Origin: an uncultured Verrucomicrobiae bacterium
GTDB lineage: Bacteria; Verrucomicrobiota; Verrucomicrobiia; Chthoniobacterales; UBA10450
NCBI GenBank assembly: GCA_963735805.1
Contig: CAVTMK010000001.1
Span: forward strand, 128,001 to 192,000
Direction: 5' to 3'
DNA length: 64,000 nt
Below the pieces are notes generated by a model. The model saw only the letters and a list, made by a program, of their open reading frames with translations, ran no database searches and was not told where the DNA came from. The position numbers were made by a program, and so were the translations under genes. Each line of letters begins with the position of its first letter. Within the stretch, counting starts at the first letter, position 1. Positions 49,137-59,520 of the stretch are shown piece after piece.

Positions 49137-50552
49137 TCACTGCTTCGGCATGTGCAACCGCAAATACGAGAGCAGGTCGGAACGCGTCACTAATCCGAGG
49201 AAATTGTCGTCGTCCATTACAATGGCGACACGACCGCGATCAAATACGTTCAAGAGATCTTTGATCGTCGCTTTCGGCGACAGCGTTTCCAGCTTAGACG
49301 TCATCGCCTTTTTTACCGGATCATTAAAGTGCGAGGGGTCATGGTGAACCTTCACGAGCACGTCGGATTCGTCGAGAATCCCAATCGCGCGTCCATGTTG
49401 ATCGAGCACGGGAACCTGTGAGACATCGGCGCTGCGCATACGCTTGAACGCGGTTAGCAATGTATCGGTCGGTCCGACCGAAACTACTTCGCCGGCTTCG
49501 TAACGATGTGAAATGAGATCGCTCAAATCCTCATGTGGCGGACGATGAAGGAAACCCTGTTCCGCCATCCAGAAATCGTCGTACATCTTGGAAAGGTATT
49601 TGTTTCCGGTATCGACGACGAAGCTGACAACTCGCTTTGGTTTCGTCTGTTTACGGCAGTAACGCAACGCCCCAGCGACGAGCGTACCCGTGGAAGAACC
49701 GCCGAAGATCCCCTCTTTGCGCAACAGCTCGCGCACCATGGCGAAGCTTTCCCCGTCATCAATCTCGAATGCTTCCGTCACCAGCGACATGTCGGCGATG
49801 TCGGGAATAAAATCCTCGCCAATGCCTTCAACAGCCCAGCTACCTGCTTCGTTCAGCTTACCTGACTTCACATATTCGAAAAGCACAGAGCCTTTCGGAT
49901 CGGCCAAAACCATTTCGATGCCGCGGCGTGGCTTAACGCGATTGAAAAATCGCCCGAGACCGGTCAGCGTTCCGCCGGAACCGACTCCCACCACAATCGC
50001 GTCGACATCGTGCCGCATTTGCTCCCAAATTTCCGGACCAGTGGTGCGTTCGTGGGCCAGAGGATTTGCGGGATTCCCGAATTGGTTCACGTAAAACGCC
50101 CCCGGAATTTCTTCGGCGAGTCGCGCAGCGACATCCTGGTAATATTCAGGATGACCTCGCGTCACATCCGAACGCGTGATCCGCACCTCAGCGCCGAGAG
50201 CTTTCACGTGTGAGATTTTTTCCTGCGACATCTTGTCGGGAATCACCAGCACTACATGGTAGCCTTTCGCCCCCGCAACCAGCGCAAGGCCCAGGCCAGT
50301 GTTGCCAGCTGTCGCTTCCACGACCGTGCCGCCGGGTCGCAATTTCCCTTCGTCCTCCGCAGCTTCGATCATCGACAATGCAATCCGGTCCTTGATCGAG
50401 CCGCCTGGATTTTGATTTTCAAGTTTGAGAAAAAGCTGACACGGACCGGTGTCGATTTGTGTGATCTCCACCAATGGCGTGTCACCGATCAGCGACAAGA
50501 TGTGAGGCGGACGCTTTGAATTAACTTGGGGAACGGTTGGAGTTTCGAGCAT
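49137..50552 (-). CDS. Cystathionine beta-synthase with C-terminal CBS domains
   Basis: NPGGSIKDR, EATAGNTG, GSGGT, EGIG; CBS pair. Confidence 0.92.
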   Translation of the reverse strand: MLETPTVPQVNSKRPPHILSLIGDTPLVEITQIDTGPCQLFLKLENQNPGGSIKDRIALSMIEAAEDEGKLRPGGTVVEATAGNTGLGLALVAGAKGYHVVLVIPDKMSQEKISHVKALGAEVRITRSDVTRGHPEYYQDVAARLAEEIPGAFYVNQFGNPANPLAHERTTGPEIWEQMRHDVDAIVVGVGSGGTLTGLGRFFNRVKPRRGIEMVLADPKGSVLFEYVKSGKLNEAGSWAVEGIGEDFIPDIADMSLVTEAFEIDDGESFAMVRELLRKEGIFGGSSTGTLVAGALRYCRKQTKPKRVVSFVVDTGNKYLSKMYDDFWMAEQGFLHRPPHEDLSDLISHRYEAGEVVSVGPTDTLLTAFKRMRSADVSQVPVLDQHGRAIGILDESDVLVKVHHDPSHFNDPVKKAMTSKLETLSPKATIKDLLNVFDRGRVAIVMDDDNFLGLVTRSDLLSYLRLHMPKQ

Positions 50553-50561
50553 TACCTGTCC

Positions 50562-51086
50562 TTAAGGGGTCTTCAACGATGGTTCGCCTTTATGCGACCA
50601 TTCCGATTTGCTGTCTTCAAGAAATTGTTGAAGCACATCAAAACGGACTTCGCCGTAGTTCAATGCGTAGCGGAGATCGCCGCCTTTGTAAATCCAAGTC
50701 GTAGGAATCCACGATAGCGGCATCCCGGCGAATTGCTTGATCTTGGTATCACCCCTGCGTGAGCCCGGATCCGCGAGGACGGTGACGTTCGGTTGGTCCG
50801 TGATTTGAAATTTTTGCAGCAGCAGCCTGCCGTCTTCACCATTATTCCAAACGGACACGAAATAAAATTTAACCTGTGGGTTGTCTTTGGCCGCCTTGAG
50901 CCAACCGCCGCTTTTCAATTCCGCCTGGCAGTTAGAGCACCACGGCGCCCAGAGATGCACCACGCTGATGTCAGGTGATTTGATCGCGTCGAGAATTTGT
51001 TGTTCAGCCGGGGAAGGTTCGGCGAGTAGGCGCGGCACCGCGAAAAGCACGGCGAGGATCCACACACGTAATATCGACATCTTCAT
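50562..51086 (-). CDS. Secreted thioredoxin-like protein (TlpA-like)
   Basis: WAPWCSNC, IPTT. Confidence 0.85.
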   Translation of the reverse strand: MKMSILRVWILAVLFAVPRLLAEPSPAEQQILDAIKSPDISVVHLWAPWCSNCQAELKSGGWLKAAKDNPQVKFYFVSVWNNGEDGRLLLQKFQITDQPNVTVLADPGSRRGDTKIKQFAGMPLSWIPTTWIYKGGDLRYALNYGEVRFDVLQQFLEDSKSEWSHKGEPSLKTP

Positions 51087-51143
51087 TGAAAATACCGGAG
51101 AAACCGGATGCACTCAAGGTCTGACGGTATGCCGTCGTAACAG

Positions 51144-51172
51144 TTGACCTGCGCAGGAAAGACGCCTACTAT
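51144..51172 (+). promoter_or_regulatory. Sigma-70 promoter of rpsA
   Basis: TTGACC-17 nt-TACTAT. Confidence 0.7.
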
Positions 51173-51260
51173 GCCGTCCCGTTTCCGCCGTCTCAGCTGC
51201 GCGGAAAGATCGGTGCTCCACTGGAAGCGCCGTTTCGCCTGAAGGAGGCTCATTTAATTT

Positions 51261-52997
51261 ATGATTCACATGCAGGATGTAATGGCGAAGCCGATGCCGG
51301 ACTTCCGTGAAGGAAGCATCGTCAAGGGACGCATTTTGGAAGTTCGTCCGCGGGAAGTATTGGTCGACGTTGGATACAAATCCGAGGGAGTTATCCCGTT
51401 AGCAGAATTTGATGACGTCGATTCGTTGGAAGTAGGCGACGAAGTGGACGTGCTTCTGGAGCGGCTTGAGAACGACGAAGGGATGGTCGTTCTGTCGAAA
51501 GAAAAAGCCGCTTACCGTCAAAATTGGAACAAGATCGTCGGTGTATTCCAAGGTGACGGATTGATCAAAGGCAAAGTGAAATCCGTCGTAAAAGGCGGAT
51601 TAATGGTCAACATTGGCGTCGAAGCATTTCTGCCGGCGTCTCAAATCGATGTGGTGCCGCCGAAAGACTTGCAGCAATTCGTTGGTAACACTTACGACTT
51701 TAAAATCGTCAAGCTCAATGACGACCGCAAAAACGTCGTTCTCAGCCGACGCGAGGTTATCGAGCAGGAGCGCAGCGAAAAACGCCAAAAATTCATGGAA
51801 GGTGTCACCGTTGGCGACCGCGTGGACGGCACAGTGAAAAATATCACCGACTTCGGCGCGTTCATCGATCTGGATGGTATGGATGGCTTGCTGCATGTCA
51901 CCGATATGACCTGGGGCCGACTCGGCCACCCCAGCGAGTTGCTGAAGGTCGGGCAGCAGTTGGAAGTCGTCGTGCTCGACATCAACAAAGAAAAAGAGCG
52001 TGTGTCGCTGGGCCTTAAACAAACCCAGAAGAATCCCTGGGACCAGATCGAGGAGCGGTTCCCGGCTGGGCAACGCATCAAAGGCAAAATCACCAATCTT
52101 GTTCCCTACGGTGCATTTGTGGAGATCGAGGAGGGCGTGGAAGGACTTATCCACGTTTCCGAGCTTTCCTGGACGAAACGCATCATGCGACCCTCCGACA
52201 TCCTTAGCGTCGGCCAGGAAGTGGAAGCTGTCGTGCTCGGTGTGAACAAAGAAGAACAAAAGATTTCATTGGGCCTGCGCCAGCTGGAGCCAAATCCGTG
52301 GGATGAAATCGAGAAGAAGTTCACCATCGGCAGCCAGGTGAAAGGCAAAATCCGTAACATGACTGCCTACGGCGCATTCGTGGAACTCGAAGAAGGCATC
52401 GACGGCATGATTCACGTGTCCGACCTGAGTTGGACACGCAAGATCAATCATCCCAGCGAAGTTTTTAAGAAGGCCGACGAAATCGACGCTGTAGTGATCG
52501 ATATCGACAAGGTAAATCAGCGAATCAGCCTCGGGATCAAACAGCTCACCGAAGATCCCTGGAAGATAATCGATGAGAAATACAAGATCGGCGACCTGGT
52601 TAAAGGCAAGGTGACGAAGCTCGCCAGCTTCGGCGCGTTTGTGCAACTCCAAGACGATATTGACGGCCTCGTTCACATCTCGCAATTGAGCGAAGATCAC
52701 GTCGCGAAAGTAAAAGATGTCCTCAAAGTCGGTCAGGAAGTTGAAGCCCGCGTCATTAAGGTAGACAAACTCGAGCGGCGCATCGGTTTGTCGATTAAAG
52801 CTGCGAACTACACCGAGGAACAACTGCGCAAGGAAGCTGAAGCCCTCGATATACTCCGTCCGGGAGAAGACATGGTCGGCCTTGAGAAAGCGTTCGCCGC
52901 TGCGGAACAGGAAGAATATCGCCCCGGTGAGTCAAAGAAAGCCAAAGAGCCGACAGAATCGAAGCGCGAGTCGAAGAAGGAATCGAAAAAGAAATAG
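51261..52997 (+). CDS. rpsA: 30S ribosomal protein S1
   Basis: Six S1 repeats (FGAFIDL, YGAFVEI, GLIHVSELSW). Confidence 0.98.
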   Translation: MIHMQDVMAKPMPDFREGSIVKGRILEVRPREVLVDVGYKSEGVIPLAEFDDVDSLEVGDEVDVLLERLENDEGMVVLSKEKAAYRQNWNKIVGVFQGDGLIKGKVKSVVKGGLMVNIGVEAFLPASQIDVVPPKDLQQFVGNTYDFKIVKLNDDRKNVVLSRREVIEQERSEKRQKFMEGVTVGDRVDGTVKNITDFGAFIDLDGMDGLLHVTDMTWGRLGHPSELLKVGQQLEVVVLDINKEKERVSLGLKQTQKNPWDQIEERFPAGQRIKGKITNLVPYGAFVEIEEGVEGLIHVSELSWTKRIMRPSDILSVGQEVEAVVLGVNKEEQKISLGLRQLEPNPWDEIEKKFTIGSQVKGKIRNMTAYGAFVELEEGIDGMIHVSDLSWTRKINHPSEVFKKADEIDAVVIDIDKVNQRISLGIKQLTEDPWKIIDEKYKIGDLVKGKVTKLASFGAFVQLQDDIDGLVHISQLSEDHVAKVKDVLKVGQEVEARVIKVDKLERRIGLSIKAANYTEEQLRKEAEALDILRPGEDMVGLEKAFAAAEQEEYRPGESKKAKEPTESKRESKKESKKK

Positions 52998-53073
52998 CTT
53001 CGCCGTAGCCAGCGTGAAGTTGTGAATTTGACGGGGGTCGTTGGCCTCGTGCCGCGTCAATCCCAAGTGATTT

Positions 53074-53427
53074 ATGGAACGGCAGTCTGCCCAAATTAGT
53101 TTTTCACAACCCAAGCTGCAATTACGGATAGTTGCCGCAATCGCTCTGTTGCTCGCGATGGCTGGCTGCGGAAATTCCACCATCGTCGGCAAATGGCGGA
53201 TGACGGGAGGATCCAACGCAACGCTTTGGGAATTCTCGGCAAATGGCGCGGTCCTTGTCGGCGATCTACGCGGCAAATATGAGTTCGGTGACCAGGACCG
53301 AATCAAAATTCAAACGCCATTCGCAACTACCGTTTACCAAATGAAAATCTCCGGCGACCGAATGACCCTGCAAGAACCCGGTGGCTCCACGCTTGAGTTT
53401 ACGCGGATAAAGCAAACGGACCGCTGA
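53074..53427 (+). CDS. Small lipoprotein
   Basis: Lipobox-like MAGC followed by IVGKW; start uncertain. Confidence 0.7.
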   Translation: MERQSAQISFSQPKLQLRIVAAIALLLAMAGCGNSTIVGKWRMTGGSNATLWEFSANGAVLVGDLRGKYEFGDQDRIKIQTPFATTVYQMKISGDRMTLQEPGGSTLEFTRIKQTDR

Positions 53428-53463
53428 TCTCTGGATTGGGACCTGCATTGTTATTGTCAGCTG

Positions 53464-54315
53464 TCAGCTCTTTTCCCGCCGCCGCTTTTTGCTTGTGCTC
53501 GCAGTCCCCTTGCGATCGTGTGTTTTATTTACAGAGGATCGAGTCTTTCTTTGACCGTTGCCTGACGATTTCGCACCGATTGCCGGCGTGTGATGAAGGG
53601 CCAGGGCGCGTCCTAGCTCTTTTTCGTCGGTCAGGTCGAGGCGTAATGGTGTGACCGAGACCCAGTTGTGTTCGACCGCCCATCGGTCAGTCCCTTCTTC
53701 GGCTCCCTGCAGCGGGATAACTGTGAACCAGAAAATTGGGCGGCCCATCGGATCTTTGCTTGGAGCTACTTTGCCGTCGTACTGCCGCACAGACTGGCGC
53801 GTCCAGCGAATGCCCCGTGGTTTCTCTGGTAAATTCACGTTCACCAGAGCCATCGCGTTTTCTTCGAGCAGCATATCGATCACCTTGGCGACGTACGGCT
53901 CAAGCTTGTCGAAATCCGGCTCCTGGTTTTCGCTTACAGCTGTGCTGAACGCGATGCCGCGCACTCCGAGCAATGCAGCTTGTTTTGCAGCTGCCAGCGT
54001 GCCGGAGTGCCAGCAGGAATTGCCAAGATTCAGACCGAGATTGATTCCGGAAAGAACAAGATCGACATGCTGCCAATGATGGGTTCCGAGGGCAACGCAA
54101 TCAGCGGGCGTACCATTCACGCGATAGGCCTCGAAGTCTCCCAGGCGAATTTTTTTATAGCGGAGGGGCCTCGAAGAAGTAACAGCGTGGCTCATAGAAG
54201 ATTGCTCCACGTCGGGCGCGACAATACGCACTTCGCCAAAACGCGATGCGACTTTCGCCAAGGCGACAATACCAGGGCTATAAATGCCGTCATCGTTCGA
54301 AATCAGGATTCGCAT
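53464..54315 (-). CDS. surE: 5'/3'-nucleotidase SurE
   Basis: ILISNDDG, GTPADCV, SGINLG, SGT. Confidence 0.96.
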   Translation of the reverse strand: MRILISNDDGIYSPGIVALAKVASRFGEVRIVAPDVEQSSMSHAVTSSRPLRYKKIRLGDFEAYRVNGTPADCVALGTHHWQHVDLVLSGINLGLNLGNSCWHSGTLAAAKQAALLGVRGIAFSTAVSENQEPDFDKLEPYVAKVIDMLLEENAMALVNVNLPEKPRGIRWTRQSVRQYDGKVAPSKDPMGRPIFWFTVIPLQGAEEGTDRWAVEHNWVSVTPLRLDLTDEKELGRALALHHTPAIGAKSSGNGQRKTRSSVNKTHDRKGTASTSKKRRREKS

Positions 54316-54387
54316 GTTCTTTACTAGGAAACGTGTACCAGATTGTTTTTGGCCGAATAATCCCCTATTTACCGATTACAAGGTCAG

Positions 54388-55314
54388 ATGCGAATTACGT
54401 TGATCCACAATCCCAAGGCTGGTGATGCCAAGCATGGTAGAAAGCAATTGATGGCCGCTTTGGCCAAAGCGGGGCATCATGCCACTTACCAATCCACAAA
54501 AGAACCGGGCTTCAAGAAAGCGCTCAAGCAGCCTGCCGATCTGGTGTTAGCCGCCGGCGGTGACGGAACCACCGCAAAAGTTGCGTTCCGTCTCATCGAT
54601 AGCGGCGTTCCGTTGAGCGTTCTTCCTCTGGGTACCGCGAATAACCTCGCGCGAGCGCTGGGCTTGGCCGCTTCTCCGGAGGAAATCATCGCGAGGCTCG
54701 AAGGCGGAAAGAAACAGGTCTTTGACGTGGGCCTTGCGAGAGGTCCTTGGGGGGAACGATATTTTTTTGAAGCCACCGGAGGCGGTTTGCTTGCCGATTA
54801 CGTCCGCAACGCAAAGAAAGAAGAGAGAAAGAATGGGAAGGCTGAAAAACTCTCGAAAGAACAACAAATGGCGCGTCATGGCGCACTTCTACGGCGAATG
54901 CTGCACGACTATCCGGCGCGTCAGTGGAAAATCGAGATCGACGGAAAAGATATTTCCGGTCGCTATATTCTTTGGGAGGCGATGAACATTCGCTCAGTGG
55001 GTCCCGCGTTGCACCTTGCGCCGCAGGCCGCGACCAGGGATGGACGATTCGACTTTGTTTGTGCCCGAACAGCGGATCGCGCACGTTTAATGGAGCATTT
55101 CGACGCGCGTGTAGCTGGGAGGAAGAGCAAGTCTCCTCTGCCAACGCGACGATTCCGGGAATTGCGGATCATTGCGAAGGGTTCCACGATCCATTTGGAT
55201 GACGAACTTTGGCGGGAAAAGAAAAAGACCAGGAAGTCGGTCGACGAAATCAATATCACCGTCAAACCGTCGGCACTAATCATTCTGCAACCCGCGGCGG
55301 CGATTAAAACCTAG
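54388..55314 (+). CDS. Diacylglycerol/lipid kinase family protein
   Basis: HNPKAG, AGGDGT, PLGTANNLA. Confidence 0.9.
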   Translation: MRITLIHNPKAGDAKHGRKQLMAALAKAGHHATYQSTKEPGFKKALKQPADLVLAAGGDGTTAKVAFRLIDSGVPLSVLPLGTANNLARALGLAASPEEIIARLEGGKKQVFDVGLARGPWGERYFFEATGGGLLADYVRNAKKEERKNGKAEKLSKEQQMARHGALLRRMLHDYPARQWKIEIDGKDISGRYILWEAMNIRSVGPALHLAPQAATRDGRFDFVCARTADRARLMEHFDARVAGRKSKSPLPTRRFRELRIIAKGSTIHLDDELWREKKKTRKSVDEINITVKPSALIILQPAAAIKT

Positions 55315-55322
55315 GTCGCGAA

Positions 55323-56720
55323 TCAGAATTCTGCGCTGCCGGGTGTACGAGCAAAGGGAATGACATCACGGATGTTCGACACGCCTGTAATAAACATCAG
55401 CATTCGCTCGAACCCGAGGCCGAAGCCTGAATGCGGCACAGTGCCGTAACGACGAAGGTCCAGATACCATTTGTAATCGGCGGGATCCATGTTGTGCCGG
55501 CGCATGTTTTCTTCGAGCACCTCAAGCCGCTCTTCGCGCTGGCTGCCGCCCACGATTTCGCCAATGCCCGGCACGAGCAAGTCCATTGCAGTCACCGTTT
55601 TTCCATCGTCGTTCACACGCATGTAGAACGGTTTGATTTCCTTTGGATAATTGAAAACCGTAACCGGGCACTGGAAGTGTTTCTCGGTTAACCAGCGTTC
55701 ATGTTCCGATTGCAGGTTCAATCCATAGTCGACCGGGAATTCGAACTTCTCGCCGCTCTTTTTCAGAAGCTCAACCGCATCGGAATAAATGATCCTCTGA
55801 AATGGCCGCTCAACGACAAAATCGAGCCGCGCTAGCAATTCCTTGTCCACGAACTTGACGAAAAGTTCCATCTCGTCGGGGCAATGTTCGCGCGCGTCGA
55901 CGATCAAATATTTCACAAACTCCTCGGCGAGATCCATGTTGCCGTTCAAATCGCAAAACGCCATTTCCGGCTCGATCATCCAGAATTCACTCGCGTGCCT
56001 GGACGTGTTGGAGTTCTCAGCACGAAAAGTTGGTCCGAAGGTGTAAACCTTGGACAAGGCAAGCGCGAATGCCTCCGCTTCCAACTGGCCGCTCACGGTG
56101 AGATATGCCGGCCGGGCAAAGAAATCCTTTGTATAATCGATTTCACCCTTCGCCGTTCGCGGCGCGTTCGCGGCGTCAAGCGTTGTGACGTGAAACAATT
56201 CCCCGGCGCCCTCGCAATCGCTTCCGGTAATGATCGGCGTATGCACATGAACGAAACCGCGCTCTTGAAAAAACTGATGAACTGCAAAAGCCAACCTGCT
56301 TCGCACCCGAAAGACACTGCTAAAAAGATTTGAGCGAGGACGAAGATGAGCGATTTCGCGCAAAAATTCTGGCGTGTGTCCCTTTTTCTGGAGCGGGTAA
56401 GAATCGTCAGCTGTTCCTACGATCTCAATTTTATCCGCAACCAGTTCCCATTTTTGACCTTTACCTTGCGACGCGACCAGCGCGCCACTCACCGCGATAG
56501 ATGCTCCGGTCGCGAGTCGTTGAACAGCCGGATAATTGGGTAAAGTGTTCTTCGCGATAATCTGTAAATTGCGCAGGCCGGAACCGTCGTTCAGCTCGAT
56601 GAACGAAAAATCCTTCGAATCGCGGCGCGTCCGCACCCAGCCCTGGACCTGGATTGGACGTACTGGTGCGGCGCGTTCCAGGGCGTTTTTAATCGGAGTT
56701 GGAGAAAGAGATTTATCCAT
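55323..56720 (-). CDS. asnS: Asparagine--tRNA ligase
   Basis: [42 protein letters not shown]. Confidence 0.97.
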   Translation of the reverse strand: MDKSLSPTPIKNALERAAPVRPIQVQGWVRTRRDSKDFSFIELNDGSGLRNLQIIAKNTLPNYPAVQRLATGASIAVSGALVASQGKGQKWELVADKIEIVGTADDSYPLQKKGHTPEFLREIAHLRPRSNLFSSVFRVRSRLAFAVHQFFQERGFVHVHTPIITGSDCEGAGELFHVTTLDAANAPRTAKGEIDYTKDFFARPAYLTVSGQLEAEAFALALSKVYTFGPTFRAENSNTSRHASEFWMIEPEMAFCDLNGNMDLAEEFVKYLIVDAREHCPDEMELFVKFVDKELLARLDFVVERPFQRIIYSDAVELLKKSGEKFEFPVDYGLNLQSEHERWLTEKHFQCPVTVFNYPKEIKPFYMRVNDDGKTVTAMDLLVPGIGEIVGGSQREERLEVLEENMRRHNMDPADYKWYLDLRRYGTVPHSGFGLGFERMLMFITGVSNIRDVIPFARTPGSAEF

Positions 56721-56733
56721 ACAATTTGAAGGG

Positions 56734-56775
56734 AACGTTCAACGCTCAACGCTTAAGATTCAACGCTCAACTCGC
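56734..56775. repeat. Intergenic heptamer tandem repeat (AACGYTC-like)x6
   Basis: aacgttc aacgctc aacgctt aagattc aacgctc aactcgc. Confidence 0.75.
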
Positions 56776-56812
56776 CGCTGTCAGATTGCTTGGGCGGTCC
56801 GAAAAGGAAATT

Positions 56813-58768
56813 TTAACTTAGCGGCAACCAACTGCCCGATTGCGGCTGCAGTTTAACACCGTTAAGCGACAGGTAGGTGTACTCCTGCAAGAGACGCTCG
56901 TAGTCGTCCAGCAGCCTCATGGCGTCGTTAGGCTTAAGGCGATCGGTTTTGATTGCGTCATCGACCTGTGTCTTGAGCAGTCGCATCAGCTCGACTTTGT
57001 CCCATTGCGTCATGGCAAGGACTTCGCCGATCGTGCTGCCGCCGATCACTTCTTCAATGTACCAGCCGGACTCCTCATCAGGGTCCAGAAAAACGTGAAC
57101 CTCGGTCACGCGCCCAAACAAGTTATGCAGGTCGCCCATGATATCCTGATATGCGCCGACCATGAAGACGCCTAGATAATACATTTCGCCGGGCACGATG
57201 CGGTGCAGCGGGATCGTGTCGCGCACATCCTGCAAATCGGTGAACTTTGAGACTTTGCCGTCGGAATCGCACGTGATGTCCACAATCATCCCGTGGCGAT
57301 CCGGGGGCGTGTTTAGTCGATGGATGGGCATGATAGGAAACAATTGGCCGAGCGCCCAGTGATCGAGAAGTGATTGGAAAACCGAAAAATTGCAGATGTA
57401 CTGGTCGCCCAAGGTAGTTTCGAGCTCCTTGACCTCTTCTGGAATGAACCGCAATCCACGATGCATGTTTAGAATCTGCTGCGCGAGCTGCCAGTAGACG
57501 GTATCGATCTTTGCTTTTGATTCGAGATCGAGCAGACCAAGCTCGAAATTTTGCTGCGCTTCTTCCTTGATCTGCTGGATATCGTGCAGGCTCTCGAGGC
57601 GATTGCCACGCTTGAGCCGCTGTTTCACATCGAGGATGTCGCCCACCAGTTTGTGATCCTTCTCGCTCGCAGTGACTCGCAACTTCGGCGCCGTTTTCTC
57701 GATCGAACTGAACGCTTCCATCACCAGCACGGAATGATGCGCTACTATCGCGCGACCGCCTTCACTCACAATCGCCGGGTGCGAAACACCTTCAGAATCA
57801 CAAACGTCCATGATGTTCCAGACGACATCGTTGGCGTATTCCTGAAGCGAATAATTTGCCGAACTATCGAAATCGCTGCGTGAACCGTCGTAATCGACTC
57901 CAAGCCCGCCGCCGACATCCAGATATCCAAGCTCATGCCCAAGCTTTGCGACCTTTGCATAGTAACGGGCACCTTCACGCACGGCGCGCTTGATGGTTGA
58001 AATATCCGGCACTTGCGAGCCGACATGGAAGTGAATGAGCTTCAGGCAGTGCGCGAGGCCTGCGGCCTTCAACATTTCGCTCGCAGCGACGAGACTCGTG
58101 GTATCGAGCCCGAACTTCGCGTTCTCGCCGCCGCTCGGCGCCCACTTGCCCGCGCCTTTACTGTAAAGACGGACGCGAATGCCGATGTGCGGCTCCACGC
58201 CGACTTCCTTTGCTGCCCGAATCGTTTGCTCCAACTCTTCAAGTTTTTCAGCAACGATGACGACCTTCTTGCCGAGCTTGCAACCGAGCAGCGCGATGCG
58301 GATGAACGCAGCGTCCTTGTAGCCGTTGCAAATGACCAGACTTTCAGCGTCCTGATGCATGGCCAGCGCCGCGACCAACTCCGGCTTGCTTCCAGCTTCA
58401 AGCCCAAAGTGAAATCGCGCGCCCGCATCAACGATTTCTTCGATGACTTCGCGCAACTGATTGACCTTGATCGGAAAAACGCCGCGATATTCGTTCTTAT
58501 AATCAAACTCCGTGATCGCGGTTTGAAACGCGCGATTAACTGATTCGACACGGTGTCGGAGCAAATCCTGAAATCGGATAACCAGCGGGAAACTCAAACC
58601 GCGATTGCGCGCTTCATTTACGACTTCCAGAATATCGATCGTGCCGCCCTTTTCCTGCAAAGGTTGTGCGACGACGTTGCCGGTCGCATTGACGGTGAAA
58701 TAGCCGCCGCCCCAACCGTCGATATTGTAGGTCGCGATTGCTGCGTCGACGTCCCAATCGTTTTTCAT
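56813..58768 (-). CDS. speA: Biosynthetic arginine decarboxylase
   Basis: FPIKVNQ, GLEAGSKPEL, HFHVGSQ, DVGGGLGVDY, DITCDSDG. Confidence 0.97.
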   Translation of the reverse strand: MKNDWDVDAAIATYNIDGWGGGYFTVNATGNVVAQPLQEKGGTIDILEVVNEARNRGLSFPLVIRFQDLLRHRVESVNRAFQTAITEFDYKNEYRGVFPIKVNQLREVIEEIVDAGARFHFGLEAGSKPELVAALAMHQDAESLVICNGYKDAAFIRIALLGCKLGKKVVIVAEKLEELEQTIRAAKEVGVEPHIGIRVRLYSKGAGKWAPSGGENAKFGLDTTSLVAASEMLKAAGLAHCLKLIHFHVGSQVPDISTIKRAVREGARYYAKVAKLGHELGYLDVGGGLGVDYDGSRSDFDSSANYSLQEYANDVVWNIMDVCDSEGVSHPAIVSEGGRAIVAHHSVLVMEAFSSIEKTAPKLRVTASEKDHKLVGDILDVKQRLKRGNRLESLHDIQQIKEEAQQNFELGLLDLESKAKIDTVYWQLAQQILNMHRGLRFIPEEVKELETTLGDQYICNFSVFQSLLDHWALGQLFPIMPIHRLNTPPDRHGMIVDITCDSDGKVSKFTDLQDVRDTIPLHRIVPGEMYYLGVFMVGAYQDIMGDLHNLFGRVTEVHVFLDPDEESGWYIEEVIGGSTIGEVLAMTQWDKVELMRLLKTQVDDAIKTDRLKPNDAMRLLDDYERLLQEYTYLSLNGVKLQPQSGSWLPLS

Positions 58769-58951
58769 TTGATCAGATCGCGCGACGAATGGCGCCGCAA
58801 AACGGATATTCAATCAGGGTGTTCAACATGCAAGCCTGCAGAGCAAGATTTTGATGCGCCCATATGTCGCATCTGCTCTGTGAGGCAATCGTGCTTCATT
58901 CATACAGTCTACACCGCTTGTTTTTCGCTCCTCTGCGGATAACGTTCGCTC

Positions 58952-59422
58952 GTGAACAAAACGGTGATCGAAGTGCAGGTTCGGGCGGTATTGCCGACAA
59001 GCGGCGGGTGCGCGGTGTTCCTCGGTAATAACGACAAAGTGTTCATTATTTATGTCGATCAAACAGTGGGCAGCGCGATCACGATGTTCATGAGGCAAAT
59101 CACCAAGGAACGTCCTCTCACCCACGATCTAATGGCGCATTTGTTGACGGCTCTCGGCGCAAAAGTCGAGCGAGTCATCATCAACGACTTGAAAAATGCC
59201 ACATACTATGCCCGCGCAATCATTCGCGTGGAAAACGAATTGCACCAGAAAAAGATCATCGAGCTTGATGGAAGGCCGAGCGATTGCATTGCCATGGCTA
59301 CTCAGCAAAAGGCGCCCATTTACGTGAGTCAGGACGTGTGGGATGAAGTGGATGATATGAGCGACGTCTTGCGTAAGATGGAAGAAGAGGGGCTAAAACC
59401 CGATCCCGAAGCGGAAGAGTAA
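58952..59422 (+). CDS. Bifunctional nuclease (DUF151) family protein
   Basis: RPLTHDL, DGRPSDCIA. Confidence 0.92.
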   Translation: MNKTVIEVQVRAVLPTSGGCAVFLGNNDKVFIIYVDQTVGSAITMFMRQITKERPLTHDLMAHLLTALGAKVERVIINDLKNATYYARAIIRVENELHQKKIIELDGRPSDCIAMATQQKAPIYVSQDVWDEVDDMSDVLRKMEEEGLKPDPEAEE

Positions 59423-59520
59423 CGCGGTTTGCGATCGCGCCCGTTAAAAGCGTTACGTCGTTACAACGGTTCTTTGCATATCACCTTGGAACTCCTTTAA
59501 CTTTCAACTTCTGCCCGGCA

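Noticed and set aside
51600..52823. Long antisense ORFs opposite rpsA (also opposite floA, gatB, hprK)
   Set aside because: Shadow ORFs from codon bias in conserved genes
42117..56720. Co-occurrence of asnS and gatB as an anomaly
   Set aside because: Common in bacteria; GatCAB can serve Gln-tRNA formation or tRNA-dependent Asn synthesis
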